Shown: positions 51,266 to 61,937 of the stretch, in pieces
How the letters are laid out: each line of letters opens with the position of its first letter
Position numbering within the stretch: position 1 is the stretch's first letter
NCBI GenBank assembly: GCA_004294095.1
Contig: RDZR01000026.1
Coordinates: 16,411-80,410 of the forward strand
From: Verrucomicrobiota bacterium
GTDB lineage: Bacteria; Verrucomicrobiota; Verrucomicrobiia; Verrucomicrobiales; Akkermansiaceae
Length of the DNA: 64,000 bases
Direction: 5' to 3'
Position numbers and translations under genes: made by a program
The notes under the pieces: generated by a model
Database searches by the model: none
What the model was told of the DNA's origin: nothing
The model's input: only the letters and a program-made list of their open reading frames with translations

Positions 51266-53451
51266 GGTTGGTGGATTTTTTCTTCAAGCGCGGTATCTGG
51301 CATCGCGCCGCGCTCGAGGGCTTGTTGATAATAGCTGCGTGCTTCCTCAAGCCTGCGATCGTTGGCGCATAGAAGCGCTAAATTGAAATACGGCTCGCTG
51401 AGCATTGGATCCGCGGCAATCGAAGATTTGTAGAACTGCTCCGCATCGCCTAAGCGGCCCATGCGGTAGCTGAGAGTGGCGAGCAGCGTATAGCTCAACG
51501 CATCGGATGGATTCAGTTCGATGGCGCGGCGCAGTGCCTCTTCCGCCGGCGGATATTCACCGATGCTCATTTGCGCAAAGCCTAACATACGATGCGCAAA
51601 CGGATTATCGCGTTCCATTTCGGTGGCGCGGCGGAACATATCAATTGCTGAAATGGGATCCTCGAGCTTCAGGTGAATCACGCCTAATTTACACATGGCT
51701 GATGTGCGGCCGGGATTTTCCTCAACGACCATTTGCATCAACTCGCGCGCGGGTGCGAATCGACCTGTTAGAAACGCCTTATCCGCGGTGCGCTCAAAAA
51801 CGGCGATGTCTCGGTTCAGCTCGCGTGTATTGCGGCCCACCGTTTCTCGATCTTGCGCGAATGGGGAAATGAACTCGCCATCGACATCGCGGCTTGCAAG
51901 AAGCCGTTGCTCTTCGGGCGACATTTCAATTTCCAATCCATCAAATAGTTTCATCGCCTGTGCCAATGGTTCATTTTCTTGGCTTAAATTTTTCACTGCC
52001 TTGACTAGCAGATCTCGCGCTTGCAGGCGGCGCTTCTGGACCAGTTGCTGGCGTTTGATGATGTCGCGCAGCACTTCGACTTCTGCGGCGCTGACCGCGC
52101 TTTTGCCTTGCACGAGATGATCTTCTTCGCGCTTTAGCTGAGCTTTGTATTCTTCGATGCGTTGGTCTTGCTCGCGTTTTTCTTGGTGCAGGCGATTGAT
52201 TTGGGATTTGGCGATGGCCATGTTGCGCATGGCGAGGGCGAGGTCATCTTTGGTTGCGTTGTTATCGCGATTCAGGCGGTCGAGCTTTTCCGAAGATTCG
52301 CGCAAGTCTTTGGCGAGTCCGATGTTTTGCTCGACGAGTTGTTGGATGCGGCCCTCTTCGTTGAGTTTGAGCAGCGCACTCATTTGGTCGCGCTCTAACA
52401 AAAGTGCATCGTGCTCTTGCCGGAGTTGGCCAAACGCTTCGCGGCTTTGATCAAGCTCGGTGATGAGTTGGGTTATTTTTTGGTTGGCTTGATTGAGTGC
52501 CGCACTTTTTTCAGCCAATTCCTTTTCGAGTGTTTGCAGTTGGCTGCGCTGTCCGGCGACGACGGCGTTGGCCACGTTGCGCTCGGCTTTTAAATCCCGA
52601 TCTAGATCGGCATATTGCTGGCGCATTTTGGCGAGTTCCGTTTCCAATGCATCGCTGCGTTCTTTGGCATCTTGATGCGACCCGCGGCTTTGCTCGAGGG
52701 CTGCGGACATGGCGCGGCGTTCTTGCTCGAGGGTTTGAATTTTTTGATTCAGAGCGGTGACCTCGGAGGCGACCGGCTGGCTGGCCATGCGGGAACGCAG
52801 CGCTTCGAGCTTGGCCTCGGCTGCTTGAAGTTGGGCATTTGCACTATCGCGTTGCTTTGCGATGTCCTCCACGCGCGATGCATTGCGAGACGCTTCATTG
52901 GCATTCGTGGGATTGCGACTAAGCTGCTCGCGGAGTCTTTCGACTTCGGCTCGGGCATCCGCGAGGCGGCGAGCTTGCAGTGGATCGACTTGTAGGATGC
53001 CGGGTGTGAGTGGAGTCACGCCCTGCGTAGGATCGATGAGATTCCCAGAAACTTGCGCCCCGCCTTCGAGTTCGGCAATCGCGCGGCGGTCTTTATTGAG
53101 TTTTTCAGTGGCCAACGGCTCGATGCGTGCGATGGTTTCATTGTTTTTTCGCGTGCGCGTTTGCAGCATTTCCGGTTTCCACTCCGGATAAAACTGAGCG
53201 ATGGCATCGAGCATTTTGCGTGCGCTGCGAAGTTTTTCCAAGGCCCCAACGTGATCGCCTTTGGCCTCAAGATCTTCGGCGGCACGAGTGGCTAAGTAGC
53301 CTTGGAAATAGACATCCGAGGGATCAAATTGCGATGGTTGCAATGGCGGGGACGATGTTTGTGCATCTGCGCGCGGTGAGCTAACCCAAAACAACGCGAC
53401 CCCGAGCATTAGCGCGGCGAGTCGAAATGAAGTGGCGATCAATCGTTGCAT
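51262..53451 (-). CDS. Secreted/anchored coiled-coil + TPR-repeat protein
   Basis: An N-terminal hydrophobic helix, ~350 aa of heptad-rich Q/E/R/L sequence, and C-terminal TPR-like repeats ('AEEALRRAIELNPSDALSY...'). I chose the ATG at 53451. Confidence 0.7.
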   Translation of the reverse strand: MQRLIATSFRLAALMLGVALFWVSSPRADAQTSSPPLQPSQFDPSDVYFQGYLATRAAEDLEAKGDHVGALEKLRSARKMLDAIAQFYPEWKPEMLQTRTRKNNETIARIEPLATEKLNKDRRAIAELEGGAQVSGNLIDPTQGVTPLTPGILQVDPLQARRLADARAEVERLREQLSRNPTNANEASRNASRVEDIAKQRDSANAQLQAAEAKLEALRSRMASQPVASEVTALNQKIQTLEQERRAMSAALEQSRGSHQDAKERSDALETELAKMRQQYADLDRDLKAERNVANAVVAGQRSQLQTLEKELAEKSAALNQANQKITQLITELDQSREAFGQLRQEHDALLLERDQMSALLKLNEEGRIQQLVEQNIGLAKDLRESSEKLDRLNRDNNATKDDLALAMRNMAIAKSQINRLHQEKREQDQRIEEYKAQLKREEDHLVQGKSAVSAAEVEVLRDIIKRQQLVQKRRLQARDLLVKAVKNLSQENEPLAQAMKLFDGLEIEMSPEEQRLLASRDVDGEFISPFAQDRETVGRNTRELNRDIAVFERTADKAFLTGRFAPARELMQMVVEENPGRTSAMCKLGVIHLKLEDPISAIDMFRRATEMERDNPFAHRMLGFAQMSIGEYPPAEEALRRAIELNPSDALSYTLLATLSYRMGRLGDAEQFYKSSIAADPMLSEPYFNLALLCANDRRLEEARSYYQQALERGAMPDTALEEKIHQP

Positions 53452-53571
53452 CGGGACCAGCAAGCTAGCCGCATCTCGATGGCTCGGCAAGCGAGGAATC
53501 ATCCATCGCAAACGGGGATTGACGCTGCGGAAGATGCGCACGAATACTCGGCACAGAAACATCTAATCTTC

Positions 53572-54498
53572 ATGGAACAAGTTATCATCATCGGCACCGG
53601 CTGCGCAGGATACACAGCAGCCATTTACACCGCGCGGGCCAATCTCCAACCCCTTCTCCTCTCTGGCACACAACCCGGTGGCCAATTGACAACCACCACC
53701 GAGGTAGAAAATTTTCCAGGCCATCCAGACGGCATCATGGGTCCGGAACTCATGATGCGCATGCAAGCGCAAGCTGAAAAATTTGGCTCGCGCATCGCCT
53801 TCGCACAAGTCGATTCCGTGCAACACATGGACGATGGAACATTCACTCTAACCGCTGGCTCGGAGACCTATCAAACACAGACGCTCATTGTCGCGACGGG
53901 TGCTGCACCACGCCATCTTGGCCTGCCGAATGAAAAAAGTTTGATCGGGCATGGTCTCACATCGTGTGCGACGTGTGATGGGGCTTTTTATCGCAACGTG
54001 CCGGTCTGCGTGATCGGCGGCGGGGACAGCGCGTGCGAAGAGGCGAGTTTCCTCACCCGCTTCGCCAGCAAAGTGTATTTGATCCACCGCCGAGAGGAAC
54101 TCCGCGCGTCCAAAATCATGGCGGACCGAGCTCTTGCGAATCCCAAAATCGAGCCAATCTGGAACTCGACTGTTAGAGAATACCTCACCGATGAGCGAGG
54201 AGAAATGCGCGCCGTTTTGTTAGAAAATTTGATCAATGGTGAGACTCGCGAGCTCGAAGTCGCCTGCGTCTTCGTTGCCATCGGCCACGTGCCTAACAGC
54301 AAGTTTTTAGGCGAGTTGGTAGATCTTGATGAAAATGGCTACATCATCCAGCATGCTGGGCGCACAGCCACCAAAACACCTGGGCTTTTTGCTGCGGGCG
54401 ATGTCGCAGATCACTACTACCGCCAAGCAATCACTGCGGCAGGGCAAGGCTGCGCCGCAGCACTCGAAGCTGAGCGCTACTTGGCGGATATGGAATGA
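53572..54498 (+). CDS. trxB: Thioredoxin-disulfide reductase
   Basis: 'IIIGTGCAGYTAAIY', redox-active 'SCATCDG', 'VIGGGDSACEEA' and 'GLFAAGDV'. Confidence 0.93.
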   Translation: MEQVIIIGTGCAGYTAAIYTARANLQPLLLSGTQPGGQLTTTTEVENFPGHPDGIMGPELMMRMQAQAEKFGSRIAFAQVDSVQHMDDGTFTLTAGSETYQTQTLIVATGAAPRHLGLPNEKSLIGHGLTSCATCDGAFYRNVPVCVIGGGDSACEEASFLTRFASKVYLIHRREELRASKIMADRALANPKIEPIWNSTVREYLTDERGEMRAVLLENLINGETRELEVACVFVAIGHVPNSKFLGELVDLDENGYIIQHAGRTATKTPGLFAAGDVADHYYRQAITAAGQGCAAALEAERYLADME

Positions 54499-54682
54499 CC
54501 GATACCTAACTTTATCTTTTAGGGATCGTGGCACTGCCGCGTGCAATTCTCAACGCGGAGTGCTGCTTATTTGCTTATTATTTCTTTAAAAAGCATCATG
54601 CATTTTCTTTAGCAAGTTTTACAAAGCGGTTCTGGACAGAATGGCAACTCAACCCTAATTTACCCCTCAATTCCTATAAACT

Positions 54683-55507
54683 ATGATTCAAAAATTGATT
54701 CCTTTCGCATTAACTGCAAGCTTCGTGGTTTGCTCCCCAATCCTTCATGCAGAAGCTGAAGCCGAGACCAGTGGGCAACCAGAAACTCCTACTTCTGTTG
54801 CAGAAACCCCACCTCCACTCGATCCTGAAGTTGTCAAAACCAATGCTTCTTACGCCCTCGGCTATCAGACAGCAAAGCGCTTAGGAGATCAGTTTGGCAT
54901 TACGGCCGATGACATCTATGCAACCCATTTTATCAAAGGATTTAATGGGGCGTTGAACGGGGACGACACGGCCATTCCGAAAGAAGATCTTGATAAGGCG
55001 ATGAACGCTCTCGGTGATTCGCTCCAAATGCGCGAACAGGAAAAGGCAAAGAAAAATCTGGAGGAGGGTGAAAAATTTCTAGCAGAAAATGCCAAGCGCG
55101 AGGGCGTGACTACCACCGCGAGTGGTCTTCAATACGAGATCATCAATAAAGGTGGCGAAGAAAAATATGTGGCTCCTAAAGAAGGGGAAAAGGACAATAA
55201 GCAATTTCTCGTCAATTACAAAGGGACCTTGATCAATGGCAAACAGTTTGATGCTTCACCAGAAGGCAAACCCGTTCCGATGACGCTGCAAGTAGTTCCG
55301 GGATTTAAAGAAGCGTTGACCATCATGCCAGTGGGCGCGAAGTGGAAACTTTTTATCCCTAGCAAATTGGCATACGGGGAAACACGCCGCAGTGCAGACA
55401 TCGCGCCGAACACTGCGTTGATCTTCGAGCTGGAGTTGGTGAAAATCGAAGAAGGCCCTGAAATGCCGGACATGCCGATGCCAATGCCTGTGCCGCAAGG
55501 ACAATAA
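54683..55507 (+). CDS. FKBP-type peptidyl-prolyl cis-trans isomerase (FkpA/Mip-like, secreted)
   Basis: A signal peptide, an N-terminal dimerisation helix region, and the FKBP core 'YKGTLINGKQFD...VPGFKEAL..MPVGAKWKLFIPSKLAYG'. Confidence 0.88.
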   Translation: MIQKLIPFALTASFVVCSPILHAEAEAETSGQPETPTSVAETPPPLDPEVVKTNASYALGYQTAKRLGDQFGITADDIYATHFIKGFNGALNGDDTAIPKEDLDKAMNALGDSLQMREQEKAKKNLEEGEKFLAENAKREGVTTTASGLQYEIINKGGEEKYVAPKEGEKDNKQFLVNYKGTLINGKQFDASPEGKPVPMTLQVVPGFKEALTIMPVGAKWKLFIPSKLAYGETRRSADIAPNTALIFELELVKIEEGPEMPDMPMPMPVPQGQ

Positions 55508-55532
55508 TCCGGCTGATCTAACTGATTTCTAA

Positions 55533-55566
55533 CCACCAACTTGCTTCGTGCAGTTGGTGGTTTTTT
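55533..55566 (+). terminator. Rho-independent terminator after the FKBP gene
   Basis: CCACCAACT-N10-AGTTGGTGG is followed by TTTTTT. It overlaps the stop codon of the convergent DUF1501 gene. Confidence 0.75.
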
Positions 55567-57040
55567 ATGCAATCAAAGCGCCAATCACCTTGCTTCCCGG
55601 TTTGGTGATGTTCGTTAGCCGTTGATTCGCACCTTGCGAGGGATAGGTTAGCTTTTCATGATCGAAGCCTAACAGCTTGAGAGTAGTCGCATGAAAATCA
55701 TGCACGCTCACCGGATCTTTGACGACTTGGTAGCCCATCGCATCCGTCTCTCCGTAGGCCAAACCTGCTTTCACGCCGCCGCCGGCCATCCATAAGGTAA
55801 AAGCACCCGGATTGTGATCGCGCCCGACAAAATCCATGACCACGCCGCCGCGATTTTCCCTCATCGGAGTGCGCCCAAATTCGCCACCCCAGATGACCAG
55901 AGTTTCTTCTAACAGGCCGCGTTGCTTGAGGTCTTTGAGCAACGCCATGATGGGACGATCGATCTGCCGGCATTTATCGACAAATCCTTGTTTGAGATCG
56001 GTCTTTGCATCAGTTCCGTGCGAGTCCCAGCCCCAATCGAATAATTGAATAAAGCGCACCCCGCGCTCAGCGAGGCGGCGGGCTAACAGACAGTTGTTGG
56101 CGAAGGATTCTTTGCCCGGCTCGGTGCCGTAAAGCTCGTGCATGGCGGCGGGCTCAGACTCGATTTTGAATGCATCTGAGGCATGAATTTGCATGCGGTA
56201 TGCCATCTCATATTGAGCAATACGCGTCACGGTCTCAGCATCTCCCATCCATTGCGATGTCTCGTGATTGATCTTTGAAATAGCATCTAAAGTGCGCCTT
56301 CTAACAGATGATGAAACGCCGGATGGATTGGTTAGATAAAGCACGGGATCTCCCTCAGAGCGGCATTGCACGCCTTGATAAACGGAGGGTAAATAACCGG
56401 CGCCCCAAACGGATTTTCCCGCATCTGGATTGCTCCCACCCGATGTTAGAACGATGAAGCCGGGTAAATTTTGGTTCTCAGATCCTAAGCCGTAAGTGGC
56501 CCATGAGCCCATCGATGGATGGCCAAGATTTTGGCTGCCCGTATGCAGTAACAACTGCGCTGGGCCATGATTGAATTGGTCGGTAAACATCGATTTGACG
56601 ATGCACAGCTCATCGATCACAGACTCCAGGTGAGGCAAACGGTCCGAGATCCATTGGCCACTTTCACCCGTTTGATGAAATGGAAATAACGAGCCTAACA
56701 TTTTTGGCACCCCTTGAATGAATGCGAATTGTTTTCCGGCCAAGAATTCGGGTGGGCAATCTTGACCATCAAGGCGCTTCAAGTCTGGCTTGTAATCGAA
56801 CATCTCAAGTTGGCTCGGTGAGCCGGCCATGTGCAGGTAAATCACGCGCTTTGCCTTTGGTGCAAAGGCAGGTAAATCCGGTGCCAGTGGATTGGCTGGA
56901 TCTTTGGTCAGCAGTCGAGTGGCAGCCTGACTTTGCGAAGCGAGCCAGATCCCGCCGAGACCCATGGCACAGCGTTGCAAAAAATGCCTGCGAGTGCTGA
57001 GCTGCGCACGATCTAGGAAAAGTTGTTCGTAGAGATTCAT
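55565..57040 (-). CDS. DUF1501 domain protein (sulfatase-like fold, Tat signal)
   Basis: The twin-arginine leader 'STRRHFLQRCAMGLGG', 'WDSHG', 'GGEFGRTP' and 'GRDHNP' are characteristic of PVC DUF1501 proteins. Confidence 0.85.
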   Translation of the reverse strand: MNLYEQLFLDRAQLSTRRHFLQRCAMGLGGIWLASQSQAATRLLTKDPANPLAPDLPAFAPKAKRVIYLHMAGSPSQLEMFDYKPDLKRLDGQDCPPEFLAGKQFAFIQGVPKMLGSLFPFHQTGESGQWISDRLPHLESVIDELCIVKSMFTDQFNHGPAQLLLHTGSQNLGHPSMGSWATYGLGSENQNLPGFIVLTSGGSNPDAGKSVWGAGYLPSVYQGVQCRSEGDPVLYLTNPSGVSSSVRRRTLDAISKINHETSQWMGDAETVTRIAQYEMAYRMQIHASDAFKIESEPAAMHELYGTEPGKESFANNCLLARRLAERGVRFIQLFDWGWDSHGTDAKTDLKQGFVDKCRQIDRPIMALLKDLKQRGLLEETLVIWGGEFGRTPMRENRGGVVMDFVGRDHNPGAFTLWMAGGGVKAGLAYGETDAMGYQVVKDPVSVHDFHATTLKLLGFDHEKLTYPSQGANQRLTNITKPGSKVIGALIA

Positions 57041-59922
57041 CGCGTTAAATTGGCATCCAAGTTGAGCAACGTGTTCGCAACCAATACCCAGGCGACGTGC
57101 TCTGCATCGTTGGATAATTTGGCAGCATTTTCTGGATCAGCAAGATAGGCGTGTTGCAAATCATCTAACAGACTTTTTAGGTTTTCCAAAGTTTGTTGGC
57201 TCGGCTCGCGCAAGCGTAACATGCGATAGCCAGCTCTCAATCGTTCATCAGAATCAGCGGAGCTTTGAATCATGCGTTGCGCATAGGCTTGGGCAAATTC
57301 AATCTGCGCTGGATCATTTAACGTCACCAACGCTTGCAGTGGCGTATTGGTCACCATTCGTCGTGCGCTGCATAAATCGCGTGTTGTTCCGTCAAAGGTA
57401 AGCATCGCCGGATGGCCACTGGTGCGCTTGACATAGGTGTAAATTGCGCGGCGATAGCGGTCCGCTCCCGTAGATGTCTGCCATGCAAGCTGGCCAAATG
57501 CTTGCTTCCAAATCCCCTCCGGCTGCGGTGGAAAAACCGGCGGCCCGTAGAGGCGTGGCGTCAGCAATTGGGCAACTAACAGTCCTTGATCTCGGGTCAT
57601 TTCCGCAGTGAGACGCTGGCGTGGCCCGCGCGCTAACCATCGATTTTTCGGATCGCGCTCGCCCAACTCCGGAGAGGTTTTGGCAGTTTGCCGATAGGTT
57701 GCGGATAAAACGATCTCGCGTAAAAATGGTTTTAAATGCCACCGGTGATGTTGAGAAAAACGGATGGCTAAATGATCTAACAGTTTTTGATTACTCGGAA
57801 CGGATCCGGAGGTGCCGAAATCTTCCAATGTTTCCACAATGCCCAGCCCAAATAATTCTGCCCACAGCCGATTTGCCATCACGCGCGCCGCCATCGGATT
57901 CGCATCGCTCATCAGCCATTGAGCAAGATCGAGGCGATTCATCCGGCGCTCAATCACAGGAGGGTTCACAATTTCCGGAATGCCCGGTAGCACAGATTGC
58001 TCGGGAGTCATTCGGTTGCCGCGAGCAAACATGCGCGTGTCTCGCTGGGCACTCGGAGCGCGCTCAATGAGCGTTGGCACCATCGTTCCCAAAATTTTCT
58101 CATACTCTTGCTGCGTCTCTTCATAGCGCCGCCAGTTGGTTGCACGCTCATCATTCGCAAACCACGCGGGCAGCGTAGGATCATGAATCGCGCGAATACG
58201 GAATTTTCTAACAATGCAATTTTGTTGATCTCCGTGGCAGCGTTTGCCGTGCTTCAGACGAATTTCAAGCCGTTCCCCAGCTTGCGGCACCAAGGGTTGT
58301 TTGAAAATAATCCACGATTGATGAGGCCCTCGCAGCATCGGATAGCTGCCAAAACCTCCTAAATTTTCAGATCCTTCCTTCGGCTCTTTGATCGCATCAT
58401 TTGGCTCAAGCGGTCCAGCCAGTGAATCACTCAACACTTCCCGTAAATCGATGCGGCTTCGCTGCCCAGATGGCTTGATCAAATCCACTTCGATGCCCGT
58501 GATCACCGCGCCAATCTCTAACCACTTTTTGCGATCATCGCTCTGTGGCAGTATTTCGATGGAAAGGGCACCCATGGCCGTTGCCTCGCCAATAACGCGA
58601 AAGACCGTGTCCTTTGGATGCGTGCCGTGCGCGACGATGATGCCGTCATCAAGTTGCTCAAGGCGGCTCTCCGGCCCTGATGAATCCAATGTGTGTGAAT
58701 GAATAATGGAGGATTCATTGGACTTCCTCACACGCTCCAACGCTCGCTCATTGATTGAAGTGCGCTGTGATCTAACAGATTTTTCTAACTGATATGCACG
58801 TTCGCGTTGTGATGGTTCATGAGCCCATTTTGTTTTCGGAAAATCTGAGCTTAGATCATTATCTTCGGTTTGATCAAAAAATGCCATAAACCGGTAGTAA
58901 TCTTCATGCGGAATCGGATCGTATGGGTGAGAATGGCATTGCACGCAGCTAAACGTCGTCGCTTGCCATGCTGTCCACGTCGTGCTCACGCGATCCATCA
59001 CCGCCGCAACGCGAAATTCTTCATCGTCAGTGCCGCCTTCCGTATTGGTCTGAGTGTTGCGATGAAATGCCGTCGCCAATTGATCATCCGCAGTTGGATT
59101 TTCTAACAAATCACCGGCGAGTTGTTTGATCGAAAATGCATCATAGGGCATATCTTGGTTGAATGCACGAATCACCCAATCACGATACGGCCAAGCATCG
59201 CGATGAAGGTCTTTTTCAAAACCCGTGCTATCCGCATAACGCGCCAAATCTAACCAAACGCTCGCCCACCTCTCGCCGTAACTCTCCGAGGCGAGCAAAT
59301 GATCGACGATTTTTTCCATCGCCGCCTTGCGATCGACTTTTGCGTCACGCTCCAGTGCCTCGAGTTGTGCGGTCGTCGCAGGCAAACCTGTTAGATCGAG
59401 AGAAACGCGGCGCAGCCACTCAGCCAAGTCAGCTTCATCTGCTGGCTTCAGACCATGATCTCGATGGGCGATTTCCACCCAAGCATCAAGCGGAGTTAGA
59501 CTCCAATCGCTCGCAGGCGGCACCGGCACATTTTCCGGCAAAACAAAAGACCAATGCTCCTGCCATTTTGCGCCTTGAGCAATCCACTCGCGAATGGTCT
59601 CAACTTCTCTATCAGATAGTTTAGGCCCGTGTTTTGGTTTTGGCATGACCTCGTCAGGATCATCGCTGGTGATGCGCGCCACCATTTCAGAAAGCTCAGG
59701 ATGCCCTGGCACAACCGCGCGTTTTCCAGATTCGGTCTCACCCAATACCCGCTCGCGGAAAATGAGAGAAAGCCCGCCCGCTTCTTTGACTCCACCATGG
59801 CAGGCGGTGCAGTGCTGCGTGAAAATCGGGCGGATATGGCGATTAAATTCAATAGGCGATTCTGCCCTCGCCCAAAGAGCGAGTGCGATCAATGACACAT
59901 AGATTCTCAAGCAAGTGGGCAT
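57037..59922 (-). CDS. PSCyt1/DUF1549/DUF1553 (PSD1) planctomycete-type cytochrome-c domain protein
   Basis: The N-terminal 'CTACHGGVKEAGGLSL' heme-binding CxxCH motif, 'VRITSDDPDEVMPP'-like block, and large DUF1549/DUF1553-type regions. There is an ATGA overlap with the DUF1501 gene. Confidence 0.85.
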   Translation of the reverse strand: MPTCLRIYVSLIALALWARAESPIEFNRHIRPIFTQHCTACHGGVKEAGGLSLIFRERVLGETESGKRAVVPGHPELSEMVARITSDDPDEVMPKPKHGPKLSDREVETIREWIAQGAKWQEHWSFVLPENVPVPPASDWSLTPLDAWVEIAHRDHGLKPADEADLAEWLRRVSLDLTGLPATTAQLEALERDAKVDRKAAMEKIVDHLLASESYGERWASVWLDLARYADSTGFEKDLHRDAWPYRDWVIRAFNQDMPYDAFSIKQLAGDLLENPTADDQLATAFHRNTQTNTEGGTDDEEFRVAAVMDRVSTTWTAWQATTFSCVQCHSHPYDPIPHEDYYRFMAFFDQTEDNDLSSDFPKTKWAHEPSQRERAYQLEKSVRSQRTSINERALERVRKSNESSIIHSHTLDSSGPESRLEQLDDGIIVAHGTHPKDTVFRVIGEATAMGALSIEILPQSDDRKKWLEIGAVITGIEVDLIKPSGQRSRIDLREVLSDSLAGPLEPNDAIKEPKEGSENLGGFGSYPMLRGPHQSWIIFKQPLVPQAGERLEIRLKHGKRCHGDQQNCIVRKFRIRAIHDPTLPAWFANDERATNWRRYEETQQEYEKILGTMVPTLIERAPSAQRDTRMFARGNRMTPEQSVLPGIPEIVNPPVIERRMNRLDLAQWLMSDANPMAARVMANRLWAELFGLGIVETLEDFGTSGSVPSNQKLLDHLAIRFSQHHRWHLKPFLREIVLSATYRQTAKTSPELGERDPKNRWLARGPRQRLTAEMTRDQGLLVAQLLTPRLYGPPVFPPQPEGIWKQAFGQLAWQTSTGADRYRRAIYTYVKRTSGHPAMLTFDGTTRDLCSARRMVTNTPLQALVTLNDPAQIEFAQAYAQRMIQSSADSDERLRAGYRMLRLREPSQQTLENLKSLLDDLQHAYLADPENAAKLSNDAEHVAWVLVANTLLNLDANLTR

Positions 59923-60128
59923 GTTCTTGGCTCAATACGCTAGGGTATTCCGACACCTATCAGAAATCCAACTTTCTTTCGGATGCCGCGATGGGGGATA
60001 TGTGTATGTGTAAGAAACTTTGAATATCTAACAAAACAGTATTATGATCATTTAACATGTAAAAACGGGCGAATTCTATCATCGCGAGCTAGATTGACGC
60101 GCATAAAATTTCGCGGCACGCTTTGCGC

Positions 60129-60638
60129 ATGCAGCAAGAGCCACAAATCGGAATCATCATGGGTAGCACATCAGATTGGGCGACCATGGAGCACGCAGCG
60201 CGTATTTTGAGTGATTTTGAGATTCTGTGGGAAGCGGAGGTGGTGAGCGCTCATCGCACGCCAGACAAATTAGTCTCATACGCACGGGCGGCCAAAGGGC
60301 GCGGCATGCAATGTGTGATTGCTGGTGCCGGCGGAGCAGCGCACTTACCGGGGATGACGGCCGCACTCACCGAATTACCCGTGCTTGGCGTGCCGGTGGA
60401 GTCGAAGACACTACATGGTGTGGATTCGCTGCTATCGATTGTGCAGATGCCGGCTGGCGTGCCGACCGCGACCTTTGCAATCGGCAAAGCAGGCGCGATC
60501 AACGCCGCGCTGTTTGCCGTTTCCATTTTAGCCCTCAATGATGAAAAATTAGCAGAGAAGTGGGAAAAATACCGCACCGAGCAAACGGAAACGGTCAACC
60601 GTGCGAAGTTGCCACCTTTGATGGATGGTCCGGTGTGA
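60129..60638 (+). CDS. purE: N5-carboxyaminoimidazole ribonucleotide mutase
   Basis: '[11 protein letters not shown]', '[10 protein letters not shown]', '[13 protein letters not shown]' and 'VLGVPV'. Confidence 0.93.
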   Translation: MQQEPQIGIIMGSTSDWATMEHAARILSDFEILWEAEVVSAHRTPDKLVSYARAAKGRGMQCVIAGAGGAAHLPGMTAALTELPVLGVPVESKTLHGVDSLLSIVQMPAGVPTATFAIGKAGAINAALFAVSILALNDEKLAEKWEKYRTEQTETVNRAKLPPLMDGPV

Positions 60639-60710
60639 TTCGGGGTTGAAACGTAAGCCACGACCGTGTATTGCCTGCGCCCCGCGTTGCGGGATGTGAT
60701 TTATTTTCCC

Positions 60711-61865
60711 ATGTCATCCATCATTCCACTTCATTTTCCCGGCTGCGCGATCGGCGTGATCGGTGGTGGCCAATTAGGCCGCATGTTGGCACTTGCGGCG
60801 CGTCGTCTGGGCGTGCGCGTGGTCGTTTGGACAGGTGGTCTGGAGGCTCCGGCGGTGGAAGTGGCCAATGAGGTGATCGACCGCGGCTTCGACGATCCAG
60901 AAGCGATGCGTGATTTTTGTGAACGCGTCACGGTGGCGACGGTGGAGTTTGAAAATATTCCCTACCAGACGCTCAGCCAAGTGGCCAGCCTGGTGCCGGT
61001 GCATCCTTCGCCCCATGCCATTTCAATTTGCCAAAATCGCGAACGGGAAAAAAAGTTTTTGCGCGAACATCAAATCCCTCACGCAGCGAATTGGGTGGTC
61101 GCGAATGCCGCAGAGCTGACGCAAGCGATGCGCGAGTTGGGCGGCGCTGGCGTGCTGAAAACGGCGGACTTCGGCTACGATGGAAAAGGCCAAATCAAGC
61201 TTCGCGGAGATGAAAATCCTGCGGAAATCTGGCAGAAATTTGATTCTGCGCGTGGAGTGTTAGAAGCATGGGTGCCATTTATCAAAGAACTTTCCATCAT
61301 CGTTGCCCGTGGCGCAGATGGCCAGATGGTGACGTTTGACGTGGCGGAAAATCGTCACCGCGAGCATATCCTCGATGTCTCGATCGTGCCAGCAAGCGTC
61401 GCGCAGGAGATCGCCGAGCAAGCGGCGAGCATGGCAAGCCGCATCGCGCTGGCGTTGGATTATCGTGGGGTGTTTGGCGTGGAATTTTTTCTCAAAGCGG
61501 ATGGCGAATTGTTGGTCAACGAAATCGCCCCGCGCCCGCACAACTCCGGGCATCACACACTGGATGCATGTGTAACTTGCCAATTCGAGCAACAACTTCG
61601 AGCAGTGCTCGGAATGCCGCTGGGCTCGACTCGTCTGATGAGCCCGGTAGTCATGCTCAATTTGTTAGGCGATTTTTGGCCGGAAGAGACGACGCCACCC
61701 GACTGGGCGCTTCTTCTAGCAGATGGAGAAACCAAACTTCATTTGTATGGCAAGCGGCATGCTCGCGGGCGTCGTAAAATGGGCCATGCAAATTTCTTGG
61801 GAACCACGGTGGAAGACGCCTTGGAACGTGCCGAAGCGTTTAAGGCAAGTTGTCTCCAAAAGTAA
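60711..61865 (+). CDS. purK: N5-carboxyaminoimidazole ribonucleotide synthase
   Basis: ATP-grasp with 'IGVIGGGQLGRM', 'TVEFENI', 'VLKTADFGYDGKGQ', 'NEIAPRPHNSGH' and 'GKRHARGRRKMGH'. Confidence 0.9.
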   Translation: MSSIIPLHFPGCAIGVIGGGQLGRMLALAARRLGVRVVVWTGGLEAPAVEVANEVIDRGFDDPEAMRDFCERVTVATVEFENIPYQTLSQVASLVPVHPSPHAISICQNREREKKFLREHQIPHAANWVVANAAELTQAMRELGGAGVLKTADFGYDGKGQIKLRGDENPAEIWQKFDSARGVLEAWVPFIKELSIIVARGADGQMVTFDVAENRHREHILDVSIVPASVAQEIAEQAASMASRIALALDYRGVFGVEFFLKADGELLVNEIAPRPHNSGHHTLDACVTCQFEQQLRAVLGMPLGSTRLMSPVVMLNLLGDFWPEETTPPDWALLLADGETKLHLYGKRHARGRRKMGHANFLGTTVEDALERAEAFKASCLQK

Positions 61866-61937
61866 TCGCGGGATTTGCCATTTTTTTGCAGACAAACACA
61901 TGGCCCATCGGTTTTTTAACAAGCAGAATACAAACAC

